A stretch of 64,000 nucleotides of DNA from an uncultured Acidimicrobiaceae bacterium. GTDB lineage: Bacteria > Actinomycetota > Acidimicrobiia > Spongiisociales > UBA5794. The stretch is taken from NCBI GenBank assembly GCA_964397045.1, contig CAYNHF010000051.1, positions 24,928-88,927 on the forward strand, in the 5' to 3' direction. Below the pieces are notes generated by a model. It did not search any database. It saw only the letters and a program-made list of their open reading frames with translations, and had not been told where the DNA came from. Within the stretch, counting starts at the first letter, position 1; each line of letters opens with the position of its first letter. This document shows, one piece after another, positions 10,017 through 19,833 of this stretch. The position numbers and the translations under genes were made by a program.

Positions 10017-10718
10017 TTATCCGTCTTCTTCCCAGTCCTCCGGCGGATAGTGGTGCAGCCGCTGCTCGCTGAGCCGGGCCGCATACGCCGCCGCCTCGCT
10101 ACGGCGTTTCATCTCGAGTTTGCGAAGCAGGTTCGACACGTAGTTCTTGACGGTCTTTTCCGCTAGATAAAGCTCTTCGGCGATCTCCCGGTTCGTCTTG
10201 CCCTCCGCGATCATCTCGAGGATGCGCTGTTCCTGAGGTGAGAGGCGAGAAAGCAGCGGATCGCTCTCCTCCCCGCCCCGGATTCGGGCGAAGAGGCGTT
10301 CCGTCATCTCCGGATCGAGAAGCGACTCACCTGCCGAGACTCGTTCGACGCTGCGGATCAGCTCGTCGCCGTCGATCCGCTTGAGCACATAGCCGGCTGC
10401 TCCGGCGAGAATCGCCGCTACAAGAGCTTCTTCGTCGGCATATGACGTCAGCATCAACACCTGGGTGTCGGGGAAGCGAGACCGGATGTCACGACACGCA
10501 TCGACCCCCGATCCGTCTGGCAGCCGGACATCCATCACCACCACGTCCGGCGCATCAAATCCAACCCGGCGGACGCCTTCGGCCGCGGTACCAGCCTCGC
10601 CGACAACCTCGATGCCCTCGCGCGATTCGAGCAGGGCTCTCAGGCCCTGCCGGACCACCTCATGGTCGTCGACCAGTAGTACTTTCACTGCTTCGCTCGC
10701 CTGGTTGTCTTCAGACAC
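10017..10718 (-). CDS. Two-component response regulator, NarL/LuxR family (REC + HTH)
   Basis: VLLVDDHEVVRQGLRALLE...DVVVMDVRLPDGSG receiver domain with a LuxR HTH (LSPQEQRILEMIAEGKTNREIAEELYLAEKTVKNYVSNLLRKL). GTG start at 10718 is chosen because the longer ORF to 10805 is R/W-rich. Confidence 0.85.
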   Translation of the reverse strand: MSEDNQASEAVKVLLVDDHEVVRQGLRALLESREGIEVVGEAGTAAEGVRRVGFDAPDVVVMDVRLPDGSGVDACRDIRSRFPDTQVLMLTSYADEEALVAAILAGAAGYVLKRIDGDELIRSVERVSAGESLLDPEMTERLFARIRGGEESDPLLSRLSPQEQRILEMIAEGKTNREIAEELYLAEKTVKNYVSNLLRKLEMKRRSEAAAYAARLSEQRLHHYPPEDWEEDG

Positions 10719-10808
10719 GCCCAACCTACTTCGCTCTATCCAGCCGAACCTGGGCCCTTTGGCCCTTTCTGACCAGAGCATGGCACGCCAACGGGTAGCC
10801 TGCACACG

Positions 10809-11924
10809 ATGGCAGGCACTACCAAGTCAGAGAGTGAACTCGTTCGGCTGATGGAAGCGGCGGCCGTCGTCGCGGGCCAGACCGACTTCACAACCTTGTT
10901 GTACACAGTCATCGAGACCGGAATGTCGCTGACCGGCGCTAGATATGGCGCCCTCGGGGTCCTGGATGAGTCGGGAAACCTCCAGGAGTTCCTCCACGTT
11001 GGTATCGACCATCACACCACCCAGGCAATCAGTCATGCGCCAGAGGGCAAAGGTCTCCTGGGCTTGATCACGCGAGAGCGGAAACCGGTCCGGATGGAGA
11101 ACCTGACCGAGCACGAGGCCTCCGTGGGCTTCCCTGCGAACCATCCGCAGATGAAGTCCTTCCTCGGTATCTCGATCCGTCTCGGAGACGAACTATTCGG
11201 CAACCTCTACCTCACCGAGAAGGAGGGTGGATTCCTCGAGGAGGACGAAGAGCTGGTCACTGGCCTTGCCACCGTTGCCGGCACGGCGATCCACACTGCC
11301 CGCCTCCAGCGGCGCCTGCGTCGCCTCGCCGTCGTAGAAGATCGGGAGCGGATCGCACGCGACCTCCATGACGCCATCATCCAGGACCTGTTTGCGGTCG
11401 GCCTGTCCCTGGAAGCGACCCGGCAGAAGATCCAGTCGGATGACGTTCGCCGCGTCATTGCGGACACGATCCAACGCCTCGACGAGACAATCGCATCGTT
11501 GCGCCGTTTCATCTTCGACCTCCAGCCTCCAGCTTGGTCACGGCGGGACATGCGCTCGGAGGCGTCGCGGCTCATCGACCAACTCGCAGAGCCCCACGAC
11601 GTCCAGCTGAGTGTTACCTTCGAGGGATCGCTTCACGACCTCGACCCCGCGACCGTCCACGATGCGCTCCAACTGCTCAAAGAGGCAGTGAGCAACGCGC
11701 TACGCCATGCAGAAGTCGATCGAGTCGAGGTGCGAGTCATCCGGGACCGTGACGAGCTCCTCGTCATCGTGTCGGACGCGGGCAAAGGCTTCGACCCGAC
11801 CGCGCCCACCAGCGGGATGGGCCTCGCCAACATCCGCGACCGTACCCGCAGGCGGGGTGGCGACGTCGATGTCGTCAGCGATCCCGGAATGGGAACAACG
11901 GTGCGAGTGCGGCTTCCGGTATAG
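10809..11924 (+). CDS. Soluble GAF-domain sensor histidine kinase (GAF + HisKA_3 + HATPase_c)
   Basis: The N-terminal GAF domain has no TM helix. HisKA_3 H-box (ERERIARDLHDAIIQDLF), then ATPase N/G boxes (EAVSNALRHA..., DAGKGFD, GMGL). Divergent from the response regulator with ~90 bp between starts. Confidence 0.8.
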   Translation: MAGTTKSESELVRLMEAAAVVAGQTDFTTLLYTVIETGMSLTGARYGALGVLDESGNLQEFLHVGIDHHTTQAISHAPEGKGLLGLITRERKPVRMENLTEHEASVGFPANHPQMKSFLGISIRLGDELFGNLYLTEKEGGFLEEDEELVTGLATVAGTAIHTARLQRRLRRLAVVEDRERIARDLHDAIIQDLFAVGLSLEATRQKIQSDDVRRVIADTIQRLDETIASLRRFIFDLQPPAWSRRDMRSEASRLIDQLAEPHDVQLSVTFEGSLHDLDPATVHDALQLLKEAVSNALRHAEVDRVEVRVIRDRDELLVIVSDAGKGFDPTAPTSGMGLANIRDRTRRRGGDVDVVSDPGMGTTVRVRLPV

Positions 11925-11953
11925 CTCGACAGGCCCCCAGCCGGCCTGTTGGG

Positions 11954-12439
11954 CTACAAGTACATCCCGGGCGTCTTGTGCTCTTCTCCCGACTCAAGTC
12001 CCTTGCGCCTGGCCATCTCCTGCAGCTGGGCATTGACGGAGGCTTGTTGACTCCACAGGGATGCTTGGATCCCGTGGAACAGACCCTCGAGCCAACCGAC
12101 GAGCTGAGCCTGCACGATCCGCAGCTCGGACTCCGAGACACTCCCCGCAGTCAGCGGCTGGAACATCGCTCCCAGCTCCTCCTGCAGGTCGTCGCTCAGA
12201 ACCTCTCGAAGCTGCTCGAGCGACGAGTGGTACACCTCCAGCAGCCTGGTGCTTCCTGCCTCGTCGAGCGGCATCTGCCGTACTTCCTCGAGCATGGCGC
12301 GGGTCATCGAAGCAATCCGAATGAGTTTCGATGGCTCCGAGATGTAGGTCCCGTCTTCGGTTTCCTCGTCGACTGGTTCCACAACGTCAGGTTGCAGTGG
12401 GGTGGGCTCCGTCTCTGACGGCAATTCCTTGTGATCCAT
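11954..12439 (-). CDS. Bacterial proteasome activator Bpa/PafE family (DUF2587)
   Basis: 161 aa from ATG 12439. The segment ELRIVQAQLVGWLEGLFHGIQ and the KLIRIASMTRAMLEEVR helix match my recollection of Mtb Rv3780. The protein ends ...PGMYL (Bpa ends GQYL). Confidence 0.6.
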   Translation of the reverse strand: MDHKELPSETEPTPLQPDVVEPVDEETEDGTYISEPSKLIRIASMTRAMLEEVRQMPLDEAGSTRLLEVYHSSLEQLREVLSDDLQEELGAMFQPLTAGSVSESELRIVQAQLVGWLEGLFHGIQASLWSQQASVNAQLQEMARRKGLESGEEHKTPGMYL

Positions 12440-12516
12440 AGCCCCGAGGATACGCCGCCTTGGAGCGAACTCCCACACTCGCAACAGGGGGCGGTGGTTG
12501 CGCCGTCCCTGCGACG

Positions 12517-14076
12517 TCACGAAGTCCGAAACTGCGTTCGGTCGTAGCCGGTGGCACCATCGGGGCGAACCGGAGACCGCGCTTCTGGCTGGGTTGCGCC
12601 GGTACCGTCGGTTGCTCTCACTTCGGCCTCGTGATCGCCGGGATCGAGGGGTGTCTCGAGCTTCCACTGCACCCACGCGTCGTCCGAAAGCGGGCTGGTC
12701 AGCTCCGCCTCCATCCATGGTCCCGCATCGATACGCACTTCGACCCGTTCGACCCCGATGGTGGGGGCCCACGCAACTCCTGCAACCACTGCAGGCGATC
12801 CGTTCACCAGCTCACCCCGACGCGGGTAGTCGATTCGGGCCTGGGTCTTGATGGGGCCCATCTTCGACCACCCACGTGGGATCCAATAGCCGTCGAACGC
12901 ATCCCAGGTGGTCAACTCGATTTCCTCGAGCCACTTCGTCGCAGATACATAGCCGTAGAGGCCGGGGACGATCAGCCGGGCCGGAAACCCATGTCGCGGT
13001 GGAAGCGTCTCGCCGTTCATGCCGATCGCGATCAGCGGGTCACGGCCGTCGAACGCCAGCTCGGTCGGGAACCCGGCAGTCCATCCATCTACGGAGCGAC
13101 CCACGATCTGGGTGGCGCCGACGGCTACGCCCGCCCGCTCCAGCACCTCGACCAGGCGGACGCCCGTCCACTTGGCATTGCCGACCAGGTCTCCACCTAC
13201 CTCGTTGCTGACACAGGAGATCGTCACATACCGCTCGTGGAGCTCCATGGCCAGCAGATCACTCATCGTGAACTCCTGGGGACGCTCCACCATTCCGGTG
13301 ACTTTCATGGTCCACGATTCCGGGTCGGGCCGGGGCACGACCAGAGCCGTATCGATCCGGTAGAACTGATCGTTGGGAACGACGATGGGCGCCAGCCCGA
13401 CCACATCTGCGAACCGCTGATCGTCATTAGGCGGCGCGACGGTGGTCACCGGCTCCGGGAGGTCCATTGCAGAACGCTTCGACTCTGAGCGCGAGATGAT
13501 CATCTGGCGACCTGCCACCCCGAACACAACGGCCGCGAGCCCGACTCCTCCGATCAACAGACCGGCTCGCCGCCTTCCCGGATCCGGCGGAACTCCGTCG
13601 GTGGGTAGCTCAGGAGTTCGCTGCACGACGCGGCGCAACAACCATCGCAACGTCAGCCACCCCGCAGCAGACGCGAAGACGACCGTCACCACCGCGGCAG
13701 CCGGAGTGACCAGCGGTTCCATGGAAGCCGCGATCGCGCCCAGCAACCCGAAAGCACCAAACGCGACGGCACTCACCCAAGGTCGGCGTAGAGAAGCAAC
13801 CCCAACGAATGCGCCAACCATCAAGCCGATGATCACCGTACCGATCGCCAGTGCACCCTTGTCTGCGGTGCCGAACACCGTGATGGCGATCTCTTTGACA
13901 AACGGCGGGGAGTAGTCGACGACAAATCCGCCGACGGCAGCGATCGCGGAGGGCACCCGGCCGAAGAGGCCGGCGATGAGTTCAGTGAGCGCGAGCGCAA
14001 GACCCACCGAGGCTGCGCCCGCCAGGCCGGCCAGGCGGCGATTGCCCCTATCAGAATGTGGCTGTGAGTCCGTCAC
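12517..14076 (-). CDS. Molybdopterin-dependent oxidoreductase (sulfite-oxidase/YedY-like) with N-terminal polytopic membrane domain
   Basis: Tat-like NRRLAGLAGAASVGLALA, then four hydrophobic helices, then the Mo domain (TISCVSNEVGGDLVGNAKWTGVRL...GFPARLIVPGLYGYVSATKWL) and a dimerisation domain. GTG start at 14076 preferred over ATG 14157. Confidence 0.8.
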   Translation of the reverse strand: MTDSQPHSDRGNRRLAGLAGAASVGLALALTELIAGLFGRVPSAIAAVGGFVVDYSPPFVKEIAITVFGTADKGALAIGTVIIGLMVGAFVGVASLRRPWVSAVAFGAFGLLGAIAASMEPLVTPAAAVVTVVFASAAGWLTLRWLLRRVVQRTPELPTDGVPPDPGRRRAGLLIGGVGLAAVVFGVAGRQMIISRSESKRSAMDLPEPVTTVAPPNDDQRFADVVGLAPIVVPNDQFYRIDTALVVPRPDPESWTMKVTGMVERPQEFTMSDLLAMELHERYVTISCVSNEVGGDLVGNAKWTGVRLVEVLERAGVAVGATQIVGRSVDGWTAGFPTELAFDGRDPLIAIGMNGETLPPRHGFPARLIVPGLYGYVSATKWLEEIELTTWDAFDGYWIPRGWSKMGPIKTQARIDYPRRGELVNGSPAVVAGVAWAPTIGVERVEVRIDAGPWMEAELTSPLSDDAWVQWKLETPLDPGDHEAEVRATDGTGATQPEARSPVRPDGATGYDRTQFRTS

Positions 14077-14201
14077 CCCAGGGTCCTCACTCGGTCGCGT
14101 TCTACTTGTACGCCGTCGCAGTCTCAATTGGATGGGCGGCCGGCCATATGACACCACGCGGCGGCGCCTGAAGTCCTATCCATTTCCGAAACAAAGCTTC
14201 A

Positions 14202-15959
14202 TCAGGAGCTTCGCTTAGCAGCCGCCCACTTCAGGAACCGTTGGCGCGGCCAGGTGTTGGCGACTCGCCGCTTGTCTACCCAACCGCGGCGTGACGCTTG
14301 AACTCCCCAGCGGCTATTGCCGAGCTCGGTGGTGTGGTGAGCGTCCGTGGAGATCACGTAGGCAAGGTCTGGATAGTCCCGGCCGCGGCGGAGCACCTCG
14401 GCCGGGGCATCGAGGCGGTCCAGGTGGGAGTTGATCTCCAACCCGGTGCCCGTTGCTGCCATTGCCTCGAGTATCTCCGGAACATCTAGTTCGATCCCGG
14501 GTCGGCGTCCGATCCTCCGTCCGGTGAGGTGACCGACAACGTTCACCGCGGGATGCGATATCGCCCGCAGCAGCCGCAACGTCTGTTCGACGACCGCCAG
14601 ATCGAAGTGGGAGTGAACGCTGGCCACACAGAAATCGAAGCCCATCAGGAAGTCGTGGTCGTAGTCGAGGGACCCATCGACCCCGATATTCAGCTCCGCA
14701 CCGTGGAGGATCGTGAGGTCCGGGTACTCGACACGGAGATCCTTGAGTACGAAGCGCTCCGCCATCACTTTGGCTCGCGAGAGGCCGTTGATCGCCAGGT
14801 CCTCCCCGTGCTCGGTGATGGCTACGTACTCCAGGCCGCGGTCCGCCACCGCAGCGATCATCGCTTCCAACGGGCTGCGACCGTCACCGGACCAAGTCGA
14901 GTGCACATGAAGATCGCCACGCAGGTCACCAACCTCTGCAAGGCGGGGAAGGTCGCCCGTGGCCGCCAATCCGATCTCTCCGATGCCTTCCCGCATTTCA
15001 GGTGCCACGAAACCGAGTCCGAAGGCCCGATAGATCGCCTTCTCCGTACGGGACGCAACGACATGACCCGTCACGGAGTCCAACAGCTCATACTCATTGA
15101 GCGTCCGGCCCTCTGCCAGCGCCCGCTGCCGCAGTTCGATGTTGTGGGCCTTGGAACCGGTGAAGTACAGGAGGGCCGCGCCGTACTGTGCCGGCGCCAC
15201 CACCCGGAGGTCCACCTGGAGCCCGCTCGTAGTGACGATGGCCGACTTCGTCTCGCCGTGACCGAGGACTTCAGCCACCACAGGCAGGCCCACGAACTTG
15301 TCCATGATCGGCCCCGGATCGGTGGAGGCCACGAGGATGTCGATGTCACCAATTGTGTCTGAGAACCGGCGCAGACTGCCGCAATAGTCGATGTGGCGCA
15401 CCTCAGGGAGTGCCCCGAGCGTGGCGACCAACTGCCTGGCGATCGGCAGCGCCTCGATGATGGGCGTGCGCCGCGTTCCCTCACCGAAGCCGAGACGTTC
15501 GACGGCGCGGGCAATCTTCTCCTCGCGCTTCGAGCCCATCCCGGGAAGCGTTCGCAGCCGCTGGGCAGCCAGCGCTTCCCGAAGCTGCTCAACCGACTCA
15601 ACCCCTAGCTCGTCTCGGACCAGCAACACCGTCTTGGGACCCATGCCGGGGATCCGGGTCAGCTCGACGAGTGCAGGCGGATACTTCCTTCGAAGCGCCT
15701 CGAGACGTTCCATGCGACCGGTATCTACATACTCACGGATCTTGAGAGCGGTGCTTCTCCCGATTCCTTCGACCTCCAACAGGTGAGCGAGATTCAGCTC
15801 GGCCGCAGGTCGCGTCATCGCCCGCAGGCCATCGACGGCCTTCTCGTACGCACGAACCCTGAAGGACTGGGCTGACCCCTCCTCCAGCTTCAGCAACGTG
15901 GCGAGCTCGGCAAGCTGTGCTGCGATTGTCCCGTTGCTCGGTGACGCAGAATGCTCCAC
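14202..15959 (-). CDS. polX: DNA polymerase/3'-5' exonuclease PolX (Pol beta-like domain + PHP domain)
   Basis: N-terminal HhH/PolX domain (GIGRSTALKIREY...IPGMGPKT) and C-terminal PHP histidinol-phosphatase-like domain (GDLHVHSTWSDG...). 585 aa. Confidence 0.85.
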   Translation of the reverse strand: MEHSASPSNGTIAAQLAELATLLKLEEGSAQSFRVRAYEKAVDGLRAMTRPAAELNLAHLLEVEGIGRSTALKIREYVDTGRMERLEALRRKYPPALVELTRIPGMGPKTVLLVRDELGVESVEQLREALAAQRLRTLPGMGSKREEKIARAVERLGFGEGTRRTPIIEALPIARQLVATLGALPEVRHIDYCGSLRRFSDTIGDIDILVASTDPGPIMDKFVGLPVVAEVLGHGETKSAIVTTSGLQVDLRVVAPAQYGAALLYFTGSKAHNIELRQRALAEGRTLNEYELLDSVTGHVVASRTEKAIYRAFGLGFVAPEMREGIGEIGLAATGDLPRLAEVGDLRGDLHVHSTWSGDGRSPLEAMIAAVADRGLEYVAITEHGEDLAINGLSRAKVMAERFVLKDLRVEYPDLTILHGAELNIGVDGSLDYDHDFLMGFDFCVASVHSHFDLAVVEQTLRLLRAISHPAVNVVGHLTGRRIGRRPGIELDVPEILEAMAATGTGLEINSHLDRLDAPAEVLRRGRDYPDLAYVISTDAHHTTELGNSRWGVQASRRGWVDKRRVANTWPRQRFLKWAAAKRSS

Positions 15960-15960
15960 G

Positions 15961-16908
15961 TCAGACGCTCAGGGCAGCCATCAACACGAAGGCCATCACC
16001 AGGACTGCTCCTTCCCACCTCACAATCCGCCGGCCGGTGATGGCGAAGAAGCCGGCCACGAGCGCAGCTCCCACCATGACCACCAGGATGCTGCGGTCGA
16101 TGCTCTGCAACGAACCGGGGCCAACGACGATGGCGAAACCTGCCACTCCGAGCGAATTGAACAGGTTCGAACCAAGCACATTGCCGACCACCAGATCGGT
16201 CTCGGCGCGACGTGTCGCGGCCAAAGCGGTCGCCAATTCCGGCAAGCTGGTGCCCACCCCGAGCATCACGCCGAGGAACAGATCAGACAGCCCGAGGCTT
16301 TCACCGATGAAGAGTGCCCCCTCCAGCAGCACGCGCGCCGCCAGTACGGTTGCCACCAGAGCCGCAATGCCGATCCCGACCTCCAGCCTGATGGTCACCG
16401 TGCCCGCTCCTGCCATCTCCTCGACCTCGGACTGTGCCTCGCTGATCGCTTCCACATCACTCATCGACCACCTCACCAGCAGGAAGAGCGCCAGCGCCAT
16501 CCCTACGAGGAGCACCACACCCTCCCAACGTTCGACCCGCAGGTCCCAGAGGAGCACGGCGAGCAGCGTCACGGCGGCCAACATCAACGCGCCCTCGCGC
16601 TTGAGGGTCATGCGGCGGGCAACCACTGGGATCACGAGCGCGGCACCGCCGAGGACGAGGGTGACATTGGCGATGTTGGAGCCGATGACGTTGGCGAGGG
16701 CCACATCCACCCTGCCGTCTGCAGACGCCAGCACCGACACGAGCAGTTCGGGTACCGAAGTTCCGAAGCCCACGATGACGGCGCCGATCAGAATCGCGGA
16801 GACTCCCCAGGCACGGGAAAGGCGCACCGCGGAAATCACGAGCCGATCGGACGCGATGATCAGCACTGCGAGGCCACCGGCCAACGCCAGCAATGCCCAG
16901 ATCATCAC
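15961..16908 (-). CDS. Ca2+/Na+ antiporter, CaCA (YrbG) family
   Basis: Two alpha-repeat motifs (GTSVPELLVSV... and GTSLPELATAL) in a 10-TM protein. One nt separates it from polX. Confidence 0.85.
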   Translation of the reverse strand: MMIWALLALAGGLAVLIIASDRLVISAVRLSRAWGVSAILIGAVIVGFGTSVPELLVSVLASADGRVDVALANVIGSNIANVTLVLGGAALVIPVVARRMTLKREGALMLAAVTLLAVLLWDLRVERWEGVVLLVGMALALFLLVRWSMSDVEAISEAQSEVEEMAGAGTVTIRLEVGIGIAALVATVLAARVLLEGALFIGESLGLSDLFLGVMLGVGTSLPELATALAATRRAETDLVVGNVLGSNLFNSLGVAGFAIVVGPGSLQSIDRSILVVMVGAALVAGFFAITGRRIVRWEGAVLVMAFVLMAALSV

Positions 16909-16992
16909 GGCTCCCCACGTCGAATTGCGGGCGCGGATGGTACCTGCGGCGGCCGCAGGCCCTTCTCCGGTTGACGCTAACCTCCGCAGGCC

Positions 16993-18414
16993 ATGGCCGA
17001 ACCCCCCTCACGGGCGCACGACACCTGGTTGACGTCGGATCGAATGATCCCGCGCCGGTTCGTCCGTCCTCTCCTCCAGTTCACCCATGTGGAGGCTGCG
17101 GGCGGGGTGGTGTTGTTGGCAGCCGCATTGGTCGCCGTGGCGTGGGCCAACTCACCGTTCAGCGCCAGCTACTTCGAATTCTGGAACACTCACGTCAGTA
17201 TCCAGATCGGAAGCATCCACTTCGAAGAGACCTACAAGGAGATTGTCAACGACGGCCTCATGGTCATCTTCTTCTTCGTGGTCGGTCTCGAAATCAAACG
17301 AGAACTCGTCGTTGGCGAATTGAAGGACCGTCGCGAGGCCGCGTTGCCGGCGTTCGCCGCACTCGGCGGAATGATCGTGCCGGCGGCCATCTACCTGCTC
17401 ATCGTCGCAGGGCACCCCGATCCGGAGGCGACCAACGGTTGGGGAATCCCGATGGCTACCGACATCGCCTTCTCAGTCGGAATCCTTTCCTTACTCGGAA
17501 GCCGGATTTCGATCCGCCTCAAACTCTTCCTGTTGGCCCTTGCCATCGCGGACGATATCGGCGCTATCACGGTCATCGCTATCTTCTACACGGCAGACCT
17601 GAACGTCACCTTCCTCGCCGCCGCCATTGCTGCGCTCGTCGTCATCGAAGTCGCCAAGCGGATCGGCATTCGATCCATGGTGTTCTACGTGCCGATGGGT
17701 TTCGTCGTCTGGTTCCTTGTATTCGAATCCGGCGTCCATGCGACGCTGGCCGGCGTGGTGCTCGGGTTGATGACCCCGGTCACAGCTTGGTACTCAGATG
17801 AGGAGTACTTCCGCCGATCCGGGTGGATTCTGTCGCGCTACAAGATGGACAGCGCCGCACCCAACGCGCGGGCCAGAGTCGACGAGGATGCGCTCGAACT
17901 CGCCGAGGTAGCAAAGGAATCGGTGTCGCCGCTCGACCGACTGGAGCGGAAGCTGCACCCCTGGTCTTCCTTCGTCGTCGTACCCATCTTCGCGCTCGCC
18001 AATGCCGGCGTCAGCTTCGCGGACGCGCAGGAGACCGTGACCAGCGAGGTCACGATCGCGGTCGCGGTTGGCCTGGTTCTCGGCAAGCTGATCGGCATTT
18101 CGGGATTCTCTTGGCTCGGTGTCAAGCTGCGCCTCGGAGTCATGGCGGCCGGGACGACATGGAGACAAGTGATCGGGGTCGCCACGCTTGCCGGCGTAGG
18201 CTTCACCGTGTCGTTGTTCATCACCGAACTCGCGTTCACCAATGAACTCCTCAAGGACGAGGCCAAGATCGGGGTGTTCATCGGATCGATCATTGCCGGA
18301 ATTGTCGGGTTCCTCATACTGCGGACTGTGAAAACACCACAGCAGCGGATCGAAGCCGGCAGGGAAAGCCTCGGTCTGGGTGATCCGACCGAACCCGAAC
18401 CGACGAGCGCGTAG
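16993..18414 (+). CDS. nhaA: Na+/H+ antiporter NhaA
   Basis: NhaA family signature (VVGLEIKRELVVGEL, GIPMATDIAF, LALAIADDIGAI) in a 12-TM protein. Confidence 0.9.
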   Translation: MAEPPSRAHDTWLTSDRMIPRRFVRPLLQFTHVEAAGGVVLLAAALVAVAWANSPFSASYFEFWNTHVSIQIGSIHFEETYKEIVNDGLMVIFFFVVGLEIKRELVVGELKDRREAALPAFAALGGMIVPAAIYLLIVAGHPDPEATNGWGIPMATDIAFSVGILSLLGSRISIRLKLFLLALAIADDIGAITVIAIFYTADLNVTFLAAAIAALVVIEVAKRIGIRSMVFYVPMGFVVWFLVFESGVHATLAGVVLGLMTPVTAWYSDEEYFRRSGWILSRYKMDSAAPNARARVDEDALELAEVAKESVSPLDRLERKLHPWSSFVVVPIFALANAGVSFADAQETVTSEVTIAVAVGLVLGKLIGISGFSWLGVKLRLGVMAAGTTWRQVIGVATLAGVGFTVSLFITELAFTNELLKDEAKIGVFIGSIIAGIVGFLILRTVKTPQQRIEAGRESLGLGDPTEPEPTSA

Positions 18415-18493
18415 ACCCGGCCTTCACCAGTCGGGTGTCTCGGGAACCAAGCTGGAGGAACAACCCCAGCGCAGACGCGGTTGCCCAATTGCC

Positions 18494-19279
18494 ATGAATG
18501 CGCCGTCCGGACCAAACCCCATCACCACCGCCTGGGCCATCTGGCGAGCGCGTCGGGTGCGGCAACCCTCTCCGCACGGGTCGGGGACCGTCGACCACGC
18601 TGCACTGCAACCGGTGCTCGATGATCTGCGGCGCTCCGGAGTGCCTGGACTATCCGAATCGCGCCGAGCGTTGGCCGGCTACCGCATGCAGATGGCGATG
18701 GTTGATCCAGACGCATTGAGCGAGAACCAGGCCCTCGCGTTCTGGCTCAACGTCTACAACGCAGGGGCGATCGACCTCGCCGCGGAGGCGTTCCAGAGAG
18801 CAGACAATTCGGTGCTGCGGGTCCCGGGAGGGTTTGAGCAACCCTGGATCGAAGTTGGAGGGGAGACGCTGACGCTCACCGAGATCGAGCACGGCAAGAT
18901 TCGTCGATTCATTGAACCACGCATCCACGGTGCACTGGTGTGCGGATCTGCTTCCTGCCCCACTCTGCGATACGAGACCTACCAAGGGAACGACCTCGAC
19001 GCCCAACTCGATGATCAGATGCAGCACTTTCTGGCCGGGGGCGGTGCCGTGGCAGATCGCGACCGGAACACACTCGCGCTTTCCCGGGTCTTCCTCTGGT
19101 ACGGAGGCGACTTCGTTCGCCCCCAGCGCATGCCTACCTGGCTCCCGCCCCGCAAGGCGCGCCTCGTTACCCACCTGAGCCCATGGCTACAGGCCGAACA
19201 GGTGGAATGGGTCCAGCGATCAGCGCCGAACATCACCTTCCAGAGCTACGACTGGAGCCTGGCCTGCGAGGTGCGCTGA
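18494..19279 (+). CDS. DUF547-domain protein
   Basis: FWLNVYNAGAIDL...HGALVCGSASCP...FLWYGGDF is a DUF547 hallmark. ATG at 18494 is preferred over the upstream overlap with nhaA. Confidence 0.6.
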   Translation: MNAPSGPNPITTAWAIWRARRVRQPSPHGSGTVDHAALQPVLDDLRRSGVPGLSESRRALAGYRMQMAMVDPDALSENQALAFWLNVYNAGAIDLAAEAFQRADNSVLRVPGGFEQPWIEVGGETLTLTEIEHGKIRRFIEPRIHGALVCGSASCPTLRYETYQGNDLDAQLDDQMQHFLAGGGAVADRDRNTLALSRVFLWYGGDFVRPQRMPTWLPPRKARLVTHLSPWLQAEQVEWVQRSAPNITFQSYDWSLACEVR

Positions 19280-19732
19280 TTACGCCCGCGATGCGTACTG
19301 CGGATCGCGAAACGGCCACCGGGATCGCAGCCAGGCTGAGAGTTGGCTCCGCACAATCGGGTCCATCTCAGATCGACTCTCGCGTACCCACGACCGCACC
19401 GCAGCATCGTGGGTCTCGTCCGGGGACGGGTAGATGTAGACGCAGCCGATCACCTCGTCACCCGCGACGATCGAGTAGGTGAAGCCTTCGCGGTTGCTGA
19501 AGTCGGTCGCGTGACTCACCAGATCGGCTCGATTGGCGTTGAGATCCATTGGTGCGGGCCAGTCGGAGTGTTCGAAACCGGGCGTCGATCTGATGTGATC
19601 GATGCTCGACATCCATGCGGCGTGATCGCGTTCGTTGTGTTGTTGCCCCAGCGGCTCCAGCCGGAAGCCGTCACCTGCATATTCGGTGGGAACGATGAAG
19701 TGCTCGGGAACGAACGCTCGGGTCATGGCCAC
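19280..19732 (-). CDS. GNAT-type N-acetyltransferase (RimJ/RimL-like), tentative
   Basis: GFRLEPLGQQHNERDHAAWMSS N-terminal GNAT-3 pattern and a YSIVAGDEVIGCVYIY core. Assignment is weak. Confidence 0.45.
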   Translation of the reverse strand: MAMTRAFVPEHFIVPTEYAGDGFRLEPLGQQHNERDHAAWMSSIDHIRSTPGFEHSDWPAPMDLNANRADLVSHATDFSNREGFTYSIVAGDEVIGCVYIYPSPDETHDAAVRSWVRESRSEMDPIVRSQLSAWLRSRWPFRDPQYASRA

Positions 19733-19802
19733 ACTTTATGGCTGCACCCAAGCACCAAGTGGAGGGAAGGCATCGAACCGATTCCAACTCGAGGCGCCCC
19801 CG

Positions 19803-19833
19803 CGCTTCCGGGCCGTCACACGGGCCGGAAGCG
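19803..19833. promoter_or_regulatory. Perfect 13-bp stem hairpin (loop TCACA) in divergent promoter region
   Basis: CGCTTCCGGGCCG-TCACA-CGGCCCGGAAGCG, between a minus-strand gene start (19732) and the P-type ATPase start (20001). Confidence 0.5.
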
